A DNA stretch of 64,000 nt from a virus (taxonomy: Duplodnaviria > Caudoviricetes), in IMG/VR virus record IMGVR_UViG_3300013121_000029, positions 1 to 64,000 of that record; one strand, 5' to 3'. Positions within the stretch are counted from its first letter, which is position 1. Each line of letters starts with the position of its first letter. The notes under the pieces were generated by a model that was not told where the DNA came from, ran no database searches, and saw only the letters and a program-made list of their open reading frames with translations. This document shows positions 29,594 to 39,969 of this stretch, in pieces. The translations under genes and the position numbers were made by a program.

Positions 29594-30489
29594 CGTTCTA
29601 GTACTAACTCCTGTTTGTTAATTAAAGTAATTGTTTCATTCACTGCATTAATAATTGGGGTATAATCAAAAGTATAGAATCCAGCACAACTAAATGCATT
29701 GAATTCTACGATTTTGACATCACCATTTTCCAATTCTGCAATATCGACCACATAACAATGATCAATTTGATAAGGATACTTTGCGACTTGTTCTGCTAAT
29801 TGCATTACGTTAGAATTAACATCAACTGTTTTGATGTTAGTGTCCTGATCATAGTAATTTATATTACCGATGTTATAGGTAGAAGCATTAACGACTTGTT
29901 TGTTAACAATTACACATCGTGTCTCAGATTTAATTTTTTGAGCAGGAGCGACTACGATCATTGTACTATCAACAACTCCAGTTAATTGTTTTAAACAATT
30001 AACTTCATAATCAAAATCTTTATTTGGAATGCATTGACCAGTAAACACTTTTCCACCACTGTTTGGTCGAATAAAAATGTTATTTGTTTGATACATATTA
30101 TAGAAGAAATGTGGATCTTCTACTAACCGCTGAAAAGGCACAAACACGTAGTCAGAATTTAATAACCACTCTTTAGGAAATTTTGTTAAGTAATTTTGAC
30201 ATTCAATATCTTTAGTTAATCCAAACATATAGGGTTCTTGAATTAAGGCTCCCATCATTTTCAAACTATTAACTTTCTTTCGTATGTGTTCACAAAAATT
30301 AATAGTACCATAAATGACAGTGTTTTTATCACCAAAATATAACGGAAATGCATCGTCATCAAACATTGCATATTTGGTAACAAATATATTACTTGGATGT
30401 TTTGTATTGTTAATGCCACGCACAAACTGCATTAATTCCATTTCATTGGAAAATATTCTCGTATCCACGACCCAGTTTATTCTATTCAT
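29590..30489 (-). CDS. ATP-grasp domain protein (DUF4343/R2K-like)
   Basis: FIRPNSGGKVFTG, ETRCVIV, YVVDIA....KIVEFNAFSCAGFY. Confidence 0.8.
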   Translation of the reverse strand: MNRINWVVDTRIFSNEMELMQFVRGINNTKHPSNIFVTKYAMFDDDAFPLYFGDKNTVIYGTINFCEHIRKKVNSLKMMGALIQEPYMFGLTKDIECQNYLTKFPKEWLLNSDYVFVPFQRLVEDPHFFYNMYQTNNIFIRPNSGGKVFTGQCIPNKDFDYEVNCLKQLTGVVDSTMIVVAPAQKIKSETRCVIVNKQVVNASTYNIGNINYYDQDTNIKTVDVNSNVMQLAEQVAKYPYQIDHCYVVDIAELENGDVKIVEFNAFSCAGFYTFDYTPIINAVNETITLINKQELVLER

Positions 30490-30746
30490 TTCTTCACCTG
30501 TTTGAGTTCTTTCACTCTTTTCTTATACAATTTTTCAATTGTTTTAATTGCTTTATTGATAAGTTCAACACGTTCCTCACGAACCTTCTCAGGCAATGAT
30601 TCAGCACTCTTCAATGAGCGTGGTAAGATACCATTAGGGCCAATGTATTGAGTTTTAAATTGATCGAGCCACGGAACAGAATTAGCCCCTTTTATTTCAA
30701 CAGTAGCTTTTTCGATGATAGCATCAATATTATTGTCATATTTCAT
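30486..30746 (-). CDS. stand-alone PheRS alpha-subunit N-terminal (tRNA-binding coiled-coil)-like protein
   Basis: Colinear A..I..A..V..LD....YIG..G.L.......LP...R......IN.A.........R..EL pattern of the PheS N-terminal arm; AAGGAG RBS. Confidence 0.75.
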   Translation of the reverse strand: MKYDNNIDAIIEKATVEIKGANSVPWLDQFKTQYIGPNGILPRSLKSAESLPEKVREERVELINKAIKTIEKLYKKRVKELKQVKK

Positions 30747-30797
30747 AATACTACTCCTTATAAGAATAGTATATATGATTTTGATTAGGATTTCAAC

Positions 30798-31151
30798 TTA
30801 ACCAGTACGATTAAACATACCTGGTGAAGATCCTGCCCCGTGGTTGGATATAGAAGACATTTCAGTGTCTTTTGGTAATTGTGAATTCAATTCTTGTTTT
30901 AATTGATCACGAAGTAATGTAGCTTGTGAAAGTAATGATTGGTTTTCAGGATTAGTATCATCAAAACCTAGAGATGTAATTAATTTGTTAAGTTCGTCTA
31001 TTGTTGTTTGTATAATACTTTTATTATCGTTCTCTGGTTCCATATCGCGCATGGTAAAGGCATCTGATTTCGATGCCTTTGTTATTTGAACCATTGCATT
31101 ATGATGAGATTGTTCAGAAGTGTCGCTGAGTAATTCTGTTAAAAACTTCAT
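30798..31151 (-). CDS. hypothetical protein
   Basis: Coupled ORF; MKFLTELLSD leader. Confidence 0.6.
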   Translation of the reverse strand: MKFLTELLSDTSEQSHHNAMVQITKASKSDAFTMRDMEPENDNKSIIQTTIDELNKLITSLGFDDTNPENQSLLSQATLLRDQLKQELNSQLPKDTEMSSISNHGAGSSPGMFNRTG

Positions 31152-31492
31152 TATACTATTGTTTGATCAGTTGTTAAACGTTTCCAATTAGAACCGTTGT
31201 AATATACGTTATCATAATCATTCCCAGCTTGTGGAGGAGTTGATGGGTGTAATTTCATAAGATCACGATATGTTGTTAAGAACGGCATTCCATTTGGTAA
31301 TACAACACTAGATAATTCTTCTGTTGTCATAACCCCAGCGACAGCATCATACACATCACTAAAAAGTTGCTGATCATATGGCGTTAATTGATTCCAACGA
31401 ACATACAAAGTACCGTGTGGTGCAGTAATAGCAACACATTCATATAAAGTTTCATTATAATAGATATCAACGTTTACTAAAGGGACTGTCAT
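31151..31492 (-). CDS. hypothetical protein
   Basis: Coupled ORF. Confidence 0.6.
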   Translation of the reverse strand: MTVPLVNVDIYYNETLYECVAITAPHGTLYVRWNQLTPYDQQLFSDVYDAVAGVMTTEELSSVVLPNGMPFLTTYRDLMKLHPSTPPQAGNDYDNVYYNGSNWKRLTTDQTIV

Positions 31493-32298
31493 TTCTTATC
31501 TCCTACTGTGATTGCTTTGAATCTATTAACAATAGAGTCAACTTCTTTTCCACCATTGTGTAAAAATTTACGAACACTTGTTGGAATCTTTTCTTGCAAA
31601 GAACTTTTCAAAGAAGACATATAAGTTGTTGCTTGGTTAAATTCGCCATTTTGAAGGAAATGTGATAAGTGAGTCAACACTTCTAACACTTTCAAACAAT
31701 TACCGGCATCATCTAATTGATCTTCCATATAATTGTGTTGATAATGAAGTTCATGTGCTTTAATTGCGTCTTTTAACTCTGAAAGTAATGTCTTCACCTT
31801 TGATTTGATTTCAGGAGACATTTCTGGTAATGCTTCAGTTTTTTGATTCTTAATATGAGCAGGAATGAAATCAGGAGATTTTTCCACTTCCATCGATTCT
31901 TTCATTTGCACAGGATTGTCCATTTCACTCGCGGACATTTGTGCATCTACCATTTCTTCTTGACCTTTTTTCATATCATCATATTGCTCTGCTTGAGAAT
32001 TTACTTCTAGTGTTTCAATACGTGATTGAGCATCTTTCATTGCTTCTTCACGATTGTCAGCTGAGTATACAGATATCTTACACGAAGCACCACACTCTTT
32101 AACAAGTGCCACTAGTTCGTTTGGGGTGACGATGCTGATGAGGTCATCTGGTTTTGTAGGATTAGCAGGATCATAAGAGGTAGGATCCTTTACTACAATT
32201 ATTTGTTCTTCTTTTGGTTCAGGGGAAGCAGTAGATGAAGTATCAAACTCGATATCTTCTGCAATTCCAGCTAAACGACGTAATTCTTGCTGATTCAT
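31489..32298 (-). CDS. hypothetical acidic protein, possibly head-associated
   Basis: ELRRLAGI N-terminus; TAAATA in hairpin upstream. Confidence 0.6.
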   Translation of the reverse strand: MNQQELRRLAGIAEDIEFDTSSTASPEPKEEQIIVVKDPTSYDPANPTKPDDLISIVTPNELVALVKECGASCKISVYSADNREEAMKDAQSRIETLEVNSQAEQYDDMKKGQEEMVDAQMSASEMDNPVQMKESMEVEKSPDFIPAHIKNQKTEALPEMSPEIKSKVKTLLSELKDAIKAHELHYQHNYMEDQLDDAGNCLKVLEVLTHLSHFLQNGEFNQATTYMSSLKSSLQEKIPTSVRKFLHNGGKEVDSIVNRFKAITVGDKK

Positions 32299-32351
32299 AT
32301 TACCACCAAATCTTTTAATGTATTTATTAAAAAGATTGGATTTGGTAGTAA

Positions 32352-32909
32352 TTAATTATGTGGAATAATTTCGAACAGATTGGATACTCTTGATACATCA
32401 GTGATATTTTGATTCCACGGCCTATTGATTAAGAATACTTCCTTAACATTCAACAATCCATATGCTTGTTCAGCATGAGCATGATTGTCTTCCACATATA
32501 CTTCTACACGCGGAAATGTTTTAAGATAGTCACGTTTTGCAGCATGAAGAGGTACACATATAACTTCATCAATTGCTAATGAATTATCAACACACCATTG
32601 TTGGGTAAGAGAAAGTCCTGAAGGATGGTATCCTCGAGCTGTGAGAATAACAGTTTTGCATCCTTGATCTTTATAATATTGTACTAATTCTTTAGCTCCA
32701 GGTTCGACAGTTAATTTTTCCAAGATTTCACGTTCAACTATCATTTCACTAATATGATTAAAATCAAAATTGTAAATCTTACCAATTTCATATTGATTCC
32801 ATTCTGTCCAAGAAACATGTTTATTTAAATGCTCACTTACGAGAACTTCTAATGGTTCTCGTAAGTTTGCCAGTACATCATCACAATCAAAAACAGCAAC
32901 TTTATTCAT
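32352..32909 (-). CDS. HAD-family nucleotidase/phosphatase
   Basis: FDCDDVLA, ILTARG, YVEDN, RPWN; overlaps RNA ligase stop. Confidence 0.85.
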   Translation of the reverse strand: MNKVAVFDCDDVLANLREPLEVLVSEHLNKHVSWTEWNQYEIGKIYNFDFNHISEMIVEREILEKLTVEPGAKELVQYYKDQGCKTVILTARGYHPSGLSLTQQWCVDNSLAIDEVICVPLHAAKRDYLKTFPRVEVYVEDNHAHAEQAYGLLNVKEVFLINRPWNQNITDVSRVSNLFEIIPHN

Positions 32910-34056
32910 CGGTATTGATAACATTGTCAGTAAATCCATATTTTTTATAGTTCTTTTTCAAGAATTCTTTATATTCTACTCCTTTACCTAGATATTTGCT
33001 CATAGCCAATCCGAACGTACCATCTTTAAATGTTTCTTGTCCAAGAATAGCATATGACTTTCTATCTAACTCTTTATTAGCAGAGTAGAATGTTTCAATA
33101 CTTGAAACTAAATGATTATAAATGTGATCCGCTTTGATTTGGATTTCATTTATTCTCGTTATAGCAGCTAAATCATCATAAAACAATGCACGAACATCAT
33201 CAATTGCTTCATCAAGAACAGCTTCAAACAATCTACGTGTAGAATTAATTGAGTCTTTTGCACGATGACGTACAAGATACCAATTCGTCTTTAACTTCAT
33301 GAATTGTTTATTAACTCTAAGCACATATCCTTCAATATTTTCTTGTTTGTCCATTGATTCGACGAACTGTTCAACAGAATTGTATTGTGATACAATATCA
33401 TTTACTGGAATTGTTTTAATCCAATATCTAAACAGAATATTATTAATATCAGCACGGACCACGTCACGTAAATTATTTAAAGTAACGTATTCCCCTGTGT
33501 CGTTATGACGAATACCAAGAACAATCAATTTGGCTTTATCATATGGCAATACGATTCTATTTGTTGGAGAAACATATTCCATATTAACAGTAAAATTACG
33601 ATCGACCATATATGATAAAGCATATAATAATTCATCATTATTATCAAGAAGTTGTTGAGCAGCTTGGGCTTGTTCAGAAAACAATGATGCTTTTGTCTTT
33701 AATTTAACAGTATCTTTATGAGAATATGTTGAGATTAAAGATCCGTCCGCTTTATCCATAATGTCTGTTGTTTGAGTAAAATCAACAGTCATAGTGAAAG
33801 GATTTTCACGGTAATTAAAGAACTTTTCAGGGGTTCTCGCTACTAAACGAATTGGTTGTCCGTCCTTCAGTTCAAACATAATGCCACGTGCTTCTAACGC
33901 ATTTTTAGCACAGAAATCAGTGTATGAGGCAAGACGATAATTAAAAATACGATATTCAATATCGTCCATTTTTTGATCAACAATATAAAATGCTTCGTTA
34001 GCTTGTGTTAAAGCTAACAAATCATTATAAATGTCTAATTGGTTTATTGTTAACAT
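32902..34056 (-). CDS. RNA ligase 1 (T4 Rnl1/RnlA-like)
   Basis: IFNYRLASY.DF, EARGIMF, KFFN, DKADGSL, NMEY, EGYV, KLKT.WY. Confidence 0.93.
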   Translation of the reverse strand: MLTINQLDIYNDLLALTQANEAFYIVDQKMDDIEYRIFNYRLASYTDFCAKNALEARGIMFELKDGQPIRLVARTPEKFFNYRENPFTMTVDFTQTTDIMDKADGSLISTYSHKDTVKLKTKASLFSEQAQAAQQLLDNNDELLYALSYMVDRNFTVNMEYVSPTNRIVLPYDKAKLIVLGIRHNDTGEYVTLNNLRDVVRADINNILFRYWIKTIPVNDIVSQYNSVEQFVESMDKQENIEGYVLRVNKQFMKLKTNWYLVRHRAKDSINSTRRLFEAVLDEAIDDVRALFYDDLAAITRINEIQIKADHIYNHLVSSIETFYSANKELDRKSYAILGQETFKDGTFGLAMSKYLGKGVEYKEFLKKNYKKYGFTDNVINTDE

Positions 34057-34063
34057 AAAATCC

Positions 34064-34501
34064 TCATTTATTAGAGTAAATTATACATCCTGAACCTATA
34101 AGGATCAACAGTCCACCTATAAGCATTGAGGGATTTAATTGTTTTTCTTTGAATAATAAAAATCCGACTATAGCAACTAATAGCGGATACGTTATTTCGA
34201 CCAATGCAGCTAACGTAGGGTTGTTACTTGTTCCGATTGCTTGAAATAAGCAAAGTGTTCCTACTGTTCCTGTTATCGCAGTAATGAATACGAAAAATTG
34301 TTGTTGTAAATTAGATGCTAATAATTTTTGAATATCGTTATCAATGATATGATAGTAAAGGGGTAAGAATATAGTTAAAGGAATTAATGGTAACATAAAG
34401 ACAAATAACGGACTAACAACATCCAATGCTTTATTAATAAAGTTGTAATGGAAACCCCATATTACTACAGTAAAGAAGGCCCAAATATACCAAGGAAACA
34501 T
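34064..34501 (-). CDS. EamA/DMT-like membrane protein
   Basis: ~5 TM segments, IWG, EITYPL, GG.LI..G. Confidence 0.75.
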   Translation of the reverse strand: MFPWYIWAFFTVVIWGFHYNFINKALDVVSPLFVFMLPLIPLTIFLPLYYHIIDNDIQKLLASNLQQQFFVFITAITGTVGTLCLFQAIGTSNNPTLAALVEITYPLLVAIVGFLLFKEKQLNPSMLIGGLLILIGSGCIIYSNK

Positions 34502-34547
34502 AATTTACACTCCTTTTTTAGAAGTATATTATATTTCATGATTAAAG

Positions 34548-34925
34548 TCAACTTGGTAAATCAGATCCTAAAGGAAGAGGAAGTTTATTTGCAGGAATGA
34601 TTGTCTTATCTTTTTTATCTTGCTGCTTGACGCGCCATGCCTGAGAACCTTTGAATCCTCTATTCTTTGCAAGTTCACGTACAGCAAATCCAATCAAATG
34701 TTCATATTGAATCCAAGCATCTTTTTGTGTGATTTTAGGAATTACCTGACCAGCAACGTCATATGCTTTTTTAACAAGATGAATAGAATCTTTCCAATTC
34801 TGTGTTAAATCTTTTGCCCCTTTACGAATATTGTGCTTAATGTCTTTAATTGTAACAGGAGCAAGAGCTGTTCCGTCTCCTGTAATGTCTGGTTCTGATT
34901 CTCTCATTTCACGTAGAAATTGCAT
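34548..34925 (-). CDS. hypothetical protein
   Basis: GAGG RBS; MQFLREMRES leader. Confidence 0.6.
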   Translation of the reverse strand: MQFLREMRESEPDITGDGTALAPVTIKDIKHNIRKGAKDLTQNWKDSIHLVKKAYDVAGQVIPKITQKDAWIQYEHLIGFAVRELAKNRGFKGSQAWRVKQQDKKDKTIIPANKLPLPLGSDLPS

Positions 34926-34937
34926 ATCAACCTCTAA

Positions 34938-35849
34938 TTAAAAAATGCCAAAAGGAAAATGATATTTAGCACGCTGATGTCTGGAAGTGATAATAATTGC
35001 ACCAATTCCAGGACCACCATCACCACCACTTCCCGCCAAACTATTGTTAGCTCGTACAATAGATCCACCACCACAACCATAACCACCAGTTCCAGCAATC
35101 AATCCTTCATTCCCTGCATCCATAAATTTTGATGCACCGCCAACGGCTTGTGAAGTACTACCAAGAAGCCCTGCTACAAAATGATTTACTTGTCCTGCCA
35201 TTGAAACCAAGCTTGTAATAGCAGCGGCGGAATAACCACTGCCACCAGCTGTTCCTCCATATATCACACTCTCAAATACACTTCCGGTGTTACCACTTGT
35301 TGAGTCTGCGCCTTTATATTCTACTCCTGTTAATTGAATAGTAGTCATCGTACCGTAACCAGGAGTGTCGCCTATAGTAGCTATTACACTATTACCACCA
35401 TTAAAAGTAAATGGACCTGGGTTTCTTGCAGCATCCCCTCCGGCACCACCTTCTAACACGAATGTTAGTGGTAAATCAGTACCGTACTCTGTTGAGTCGC
35501 AAGTAAGAGAAATGGTCGTGTCCCCACCTGGGGAACCAGTCCCTTCACTCGATGTTCTACCAGCTCCTCCGTCCCCTAAAGTAAAAGTTACTTCCGAAAA
35601 CATGCTATATGGTACAGAAAACAAAAATCCTGTTCCACCAGCCCCCCCAACTGCAGTATAACCACTACCATCATTATATGAACGACCGCCCCCACCTCCG
35701 CCAGCTAAACCATAAATGAATACGGTAGCATTTGCTGGAATATGTCGTAAGGGTTTGGTAACAGTTCCACTAGACGTAATTATTTCAGTATGATACACTT
35801 CATTGTATAAATCAAAATAATTTGTTGGAAATTTTGTGTTCGATGTCAT
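34938..35849 (-). CDS. glycine-rich tail-fiber-associated protein
   Basis: AGGGGGG, GGAGG, G.GG.G, GGDT glycine-rich domain pattern. Confidence 0.65.
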   Translation of the reverse strand: MTSNTKFPTNYFDLYNEVYHTEIITSSGTVTKPLRHIPANATVFIYGLAGGGGGGRSYNDGSGYTAVGGAGGTGFLFSVPYSMFSEVTFTLGDGGAGRTSSEGTGSPGGDTTISLTCDSTEYGTDLPLTFVLEGGAGGDAARNPGPFTFNGGNSVIATIGDTPGYGTMTTIQLTGVEYKGADSTSGNTGSVFESVIYGGTAGGSGYSAAAITSLVSMAGQVNHFVAGLLGSTSQAVGGASKFMDAGNEGLIAGTGGYGCGGGSIVRANNSLAGSGGDGGPGIGAIIITSRHQRAKYHFPFGIF

Positions 35850-35867
35850 GTATTTTACTCTTTAATG

Positions 35868-37970
35868 TTAATATTTATTCAAATAAGGAGACAGAAGTAA
35901 GTTCATATCCATACCTGGTTTATTAATCCAATCAATATAACCTATAATTGGTGGATCGTCTGTTAACGATCCATGAGGTACAAGATAAACAAGACCATTA
36001 GGTGCTTGAACAGCACCCCAAAATCTTTGTTCGTTTGTGTAAGCAGGAGAATTGAGGTCTGTTTCGTTAAATTGTATAGATAAACGTGCTTGATTATTAG
36101 TATAATAACGTATTGGTCTAATGAACAATGCTTTGTCATTGTCAAATGGTGCAAACATAATCTCACCGCTTGGTGTTACGCAACCACCCATCCAACGTTG
36201 AGAAGAAGCAGTAGCTGTGGTAACCACACCAGAGAATAATCTTTGTACTTTGGTGTTATCCGAATCAGCTTTTGATGGATCGATAACCAATACATTATCA
36301 GCATCAAGAGGAGCACAATAAATCTTTCCATCAGCACCCAAAACACCGCCTGACCATTTATCGACACCTGTGTCCCCACCTTCAATAGTAAAATCTAATG
36401 ACGTTGGAGTGTGTGTTCCGGCCATTGTAGTTCCTACTGCTAGTCTTACAATTGTATCAGCAGTATCTGAAGAAGGAATAAAATACATATTATCGTCACT
36501 ACCAAGTACAACCCCTCTATATCCTGTAACGTTGTCAGGAGTTGGAATCATTTTGATACCATTTGATGTCATTCCACCAATAGTAGTAATTGTTGACAAC
36601 AAGGTAAATTGTGAATCCCATGGTGCTATACATAAGATAGAGTTTTCTATAACAGTGTTGTTTTGATAAGGTGCAGCGTATACTAAACCAGTAATAGGAT
36701 CAACAATAGAACCCATCCATCCAAAAGTTCCTTCAGAATCTAATTGTTTCCATTGGAATGTTTCAGTAGTAGGGTTAAATTTAAAGAAGTGATATGTTGT
36801 GTCGTTTGTTGCTTGATAGCTGTAGTTACTTGGAACGAATAATATATCACCATCAACAACTAATACCCCTGAAGCCCAACGTGGTTCAGACGAACCGGAA
36901 AAGTTAGTTAATCCTGTTGTATCAACTACAATTTCAGTATGAGTGTTTAAAATAGGGTTGATTTTTAAAATTGTAAAATCACCACTTGAATTACGGGAGT
37001 AAGGACTGCAATATATGCATCCATCAGGAGCAAGTACACCACCGGCCCAACGATGAGGTCTGTCATGCACCATAAATGGTGAGTCTCTTGTTTCAACCGG
37101 ATTTGTATAATCAGCCGCATGCAGATAAGCATATTTTTTAAGTTCAGCAGTAACAGGATGTGGGTTAATGTTTTCTTTTACCCATTGTGTAGTTGCGACC
37201 TTTAACGACTCGTCTAAATCTGGTGGATTTCTTGAAAGAAACACATAATTATCAGACGAGGTTGTTAATGTAATATCACCAGTCGTTGAATCAATATTTA
37301 AATCATTATTGCTTGTTAATGTTAAATCTGATGATGTTACATCAACCACATCAGCCGTTACAGTGATGTCACCAGTTGATGTTTCTAACTCAATGCTTTT
37401 TGAAGCTCCAAAATTTAATTCAATGTTGCCATTATTTTTAATGGTAATATTTGAATCTGATACTCCAGTCGATAATACTAAATCACCACTTGTGTTACTT
37501 GTAATAGTTGAATCTGGTGAAACGTTTCCAGTTGCATAGAATTGTAATGTTCTATTACCAGAATCTAAATCTGATGTGCCAATTTGAGTAGTTGATGGTA
37601 AAATGCTGAGTTTTGGATATTGAACGAAAGAACGTAAATCTTCTCGTGCTGTAACACTATCAGCGTCTGTTGTTACTTTCCACAAAGGAATGTCGTAGTT
37701 TTCGTTTGATGTGGCATCCCACGTTGCCCCTTCAAGTACCACAATATCTATTGGTGAACTTGAAAAGCGTAATACAATCCATGATACAGTATTTGCCGAT
37801 AAAGATTTAGTTTCACCAGTTATTTCAGTTAATGTATTATCTTCGGAATTGTATACAATTCCTGTATGATAACCAAAATATAAACCAGCAGGTGTATCAA
37901 TATTGAATGCAAATTGATCCTGTGATTCGTTAACAGTTTGACTATTTTTAAACGATTTACTAGAAGCCAT
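35868..37970 (-). CDS. tail fiber/receptor-binding-like protein with C-terminal beta-propeller repeats
   Basis: S/T-rich shaft, VATTQWV, repeated W.GGVL..DG.IY..P. Confidence 0.65.
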   Translation of the reverse strand: MASSKSFKNSQTVNESQDQFAFNIDTPAGLYFGYHTGIVYNSEDNTLTEITGETKSLSANTVSWIVLRFSSSPIDIVVLEGATWDATSNENYDIPLWKVTTDADSVTAREDLRSFVQYPKLSILPSTTQIGTSDLDSGNRTLQFYATGNVSPDSTITSNTSGDLVLSTGVSDSNITIKNNGNIELNFGASKSIELETSTGDITVTADVVDVTSSDLTLTSNNDLNIDSTTGDITLTTSSDNYVFLSRNPPDLDESLKVATTQWVKENINPHPVTAELKKYAYLHAADYTNPVETRDSPFMVHDRPHRWAGGVLAPDGCIYCSPYSRNSSGDFTILKINPILNTHTEIVVDTTGLTNFSGSSEPRWASGVLVVDGDILFVPSNYSYQATNDTTYHFFKFNPTTETFQWKQLDSEGTFGWMGSIVDPITGLVYAAPYQNNTVIENSILCIAPWDSQFTLLSTITTIGGMTSNGIKMIPTPDNVTGYRGVVLGSDDNMYFIPSSDTADTIVRLAVGTTMAGTHTPTSLDFTIEGGDTGVDKWSGGVLGADGKIYCAPLDADNVLVIDPSKADSDNTKVQRLFSGVVTTATASSQRWMGGCVTPSGEIMFAPFDNDKALFIRPIRYYTNNQARLSIQFNETDLNSPAYTNEQRFWGAVQAPNGLVYLVPHGSLTDDPPIIGYIDWINKPGMDMNLLLSPYLNKY

Positions 37971-38009
37971 GATAACTACTCAAAATATGATTGTATTTAT
38001 CATTTTATC

Positions 38010-38366
38010 TCATTTCAAAGGGATACTTGGTAAACCTTCACAAGTAGAAGAATACATCCCAGTTGTAGATTCTAATTCTGAGGAATAATTGAGTAATTGT
38101 TTAATAGTGGCTTTGTAATATTGAACAACCTTACCAGGTTGGTCCTTATCATCCTCAGAAATTAGGTCTAAAAATAAAATCGGACGTTCGGGTTTTTGCA
38201 CTGAAAGCATTTCTGATGGGCAAGCATATACAGGCTTTACGACTTCGATGGTCTTTGTATGATATACCATTTTATCGCAATCCCCTTTTGGACAAATTTT
38301 AATATAACTACATCCGCTCAATATAAAAAACATGGTGATGAGTAAAATTGGTTTAAAGTTTACCAT
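38010..38366 (-). CDS. o-spanin-like lipoprotein
   Basis: Signal peptide with LSGC lipobox, Pro-rich; overlaps upstream coiled-coil TM gene. Confidence 0.75.
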   Translation of the reverse strand: MVNFKPILLITMFFILSGCSYIKICPKGDCDKMVYHTKTIEVVKPVYACPSEMLSVQKPERPILFLDLISEDDKDQPGKVVQYYKATIKQLLNYSSELESTTGMYSSTCEGLPSIPLK

Positions 38367-38806
38367 TGTAGTGATCCTCTTCCTTCAATCAGATAATCAA
38401 TTGCTGAATTGCAATCTTTTGGACGTTGCTCATTTAAAATTTGACGTAATTCTTGTTCATTTTGTTGTTTTTTCTTTTCTGCTTCTAATTTCAATTGTGC
38501 AATTATTTCATTTTTCTTTTGTAATTCTTTTGCTAAGGTGTTCACGGCTGTATTTTGTTTCCCTATTGCCGTTTCAAGAGTCGTGATGGTTCCTGTTTGT
38601 ACAGTCATTGCATCATCTTTTGCAGACAACTTCTCATTTAACTGTTTAATAGTTCCTTCGTGTGTTATTGCTTTAGTTTGCCAGTCATTAATCTCACCCT
38701 TAAGAAACATTATATATCCACATAATGCTAATACTGCTAGTCCGACAGCTATTGCTTTTTTGTTATTACCTATAAATTGTAATAATGCTACTAATCCTGT
38801 GCCCAT
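38360..38806 (-). CDS. i-spanin-like protein
   Basis: N-terminal TM, long coiled coil, C-terminal Cys. Confidence 0.75.
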   Translation of the reverse strand: MGTGLVALLQFIGNNKKAIAVGLAVLALCGYIMFLKGEINDWQTKAITHEGTIKQLNEKLSAKDDAMTVQTGTITTLETAIGKQNTAVNTLAKELQKKNEIIAQLKLEAEKKKQQNEQELRQILNEQRPKDCNSAIDYLIEGRGSLQW

Positions 38807-39000
38807 TTATTGTTCCTCTTTTCTTCTAAAAGAAGTCTTTGACATTCTTTCAGTTGTTGTTTTGTTACATCACGTTCTTGTTCAGCCAAATATAAACGTT
38901 TGTTCATTAATGAAAGCATTTTTGTCAAACGAGCATTTTCAACTACAACTTTTTTATATGCAAGTTGTAATTTTTTAATTAATGTTTCATTATTATTCAT
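38791..39000 (-). CDS. small coiled-coil protein
   Basis: Coupled ORF. Confidence 0.55.
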   Translation of the reverse strand: MNNNETLIKKLQLAYKKVVVENARLTKMLSLMNKRLYLAEQERDVTKQQLKECQRLLLEEKRNNKWAQD

Positions 39001-39482
39001 CTGAGTTTTGCTCTAATTGGACGTATTTGTTTTGCCGCAGGCATGATTCTGCCATTATATAAATGGTTGTAAGGATTTCTTTGCAATGCTTGATCAGCAA
39101 AAGCTCTTGCAAAATCTCCATTAGGATATAACACACAATCTACGTGGGTATATTGTAATTCTTTTGCAATTGATAATCTATTAGAACCACCCCAAATAAC
39201 ATATACCGTATCAGTATCTTTATATCCTGTTGGTAAATCTAAAATTCTCTTCTTGTATTTTTCCTTTTGTGCTTTTAACTGCGAGAATGTACACTCGACT
39301 ACTAATAGAGGAAATTTTAACCCGTTAGCACTAATATCTTGTTTTACGTTATGGTAAAACGGAACTCCTCTATAATTAATTGCTACAGGGACAGAAGCCC
39401 ATAATTTATCAACAGGCAGCTGAACAATCTGACGATTATTCCACGTATCAGTATATTGGCATTTGAGAGTCGTTTCTTCCAT
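38997..39482 (-). CDS. ParB/Srx-like domain protein
   Basis: DI..NGLKFPLLV ... IWGGSNRL..AKEL. Confidence 0.6.
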   Translation of the reverse strand: MEETTLKCQYTDTWNNRQIVQLPVDKLWASVPVAINYRGVPFYHNVKQDISANGLKFPLLVVECTFSQLKAQKEKYKKRILDLPTGYKDTDTVYVIWGGSNRLSIAKELQYTHVDCVLYPNGDFARAFADQALQRNPYNHLYNGRIMPAAKQIRPIRAKLR

Positions 39483-39486
39483 GAGG

Positions 39487-39954
39487 TTATTTATTAGTGA
39501 TTTTGAGGTAATCTTCGAATCCGTTAATTAACATTTCGTTCATCGCTATATAATCTGAAATTATTCGTTGAAAAACGATAACTCCTTTAAATTTAGCATG
39601 TAAATGTTCTAATTGTTCTAGTTGTTCGTGTAGTTGCTTCATGATTTCATCTTTGTAATTCATGAAAATCGTATGTGCTATACGATTAAAAGGGGACATT
39701 TCTTCGTTAGGGTATGGGAGAGCATTCCACAATTGCTCTATATAATCGAAATCGTTATTGAATTTTTTTCTGATTAATTCGTGTGAATACTTAGTATTCC
39801 ATCGTGGTTGAATTATATCAGAAATTGCTGTTAAAACAGCATTAGATAAACGATTGTCGGAGGATGCTTTACTTTGATCACGGTCTTTTTTACGGAATCT
39901 TTCTGCAGCATTGATGACGTTGTCTTGCTCATGTAATAGATCTCTTATTAACAT
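39487..39954 (-). CDS. hypothetical protein
   Basis: AGGA RBS; MLIRDLLHE leader. Confidence 0.6.
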   Translation of the reverse strand: MLIRDLLHEQDNVINAAERFRKKDRDQSKASSDNRLSNAVLTAISDIIQPRWNTKYSHELIRKKFNNDFDYIEQLWNALPYPNEEMSPFNRIAHTIFMNYKDEIMKQLHEQLEQLEHLHAKFKGVIVFQRIISDYIAMNEMLINGFEDYLKITNK

Positions 39955-39969
39955 GGTTATTCCTGGTAT

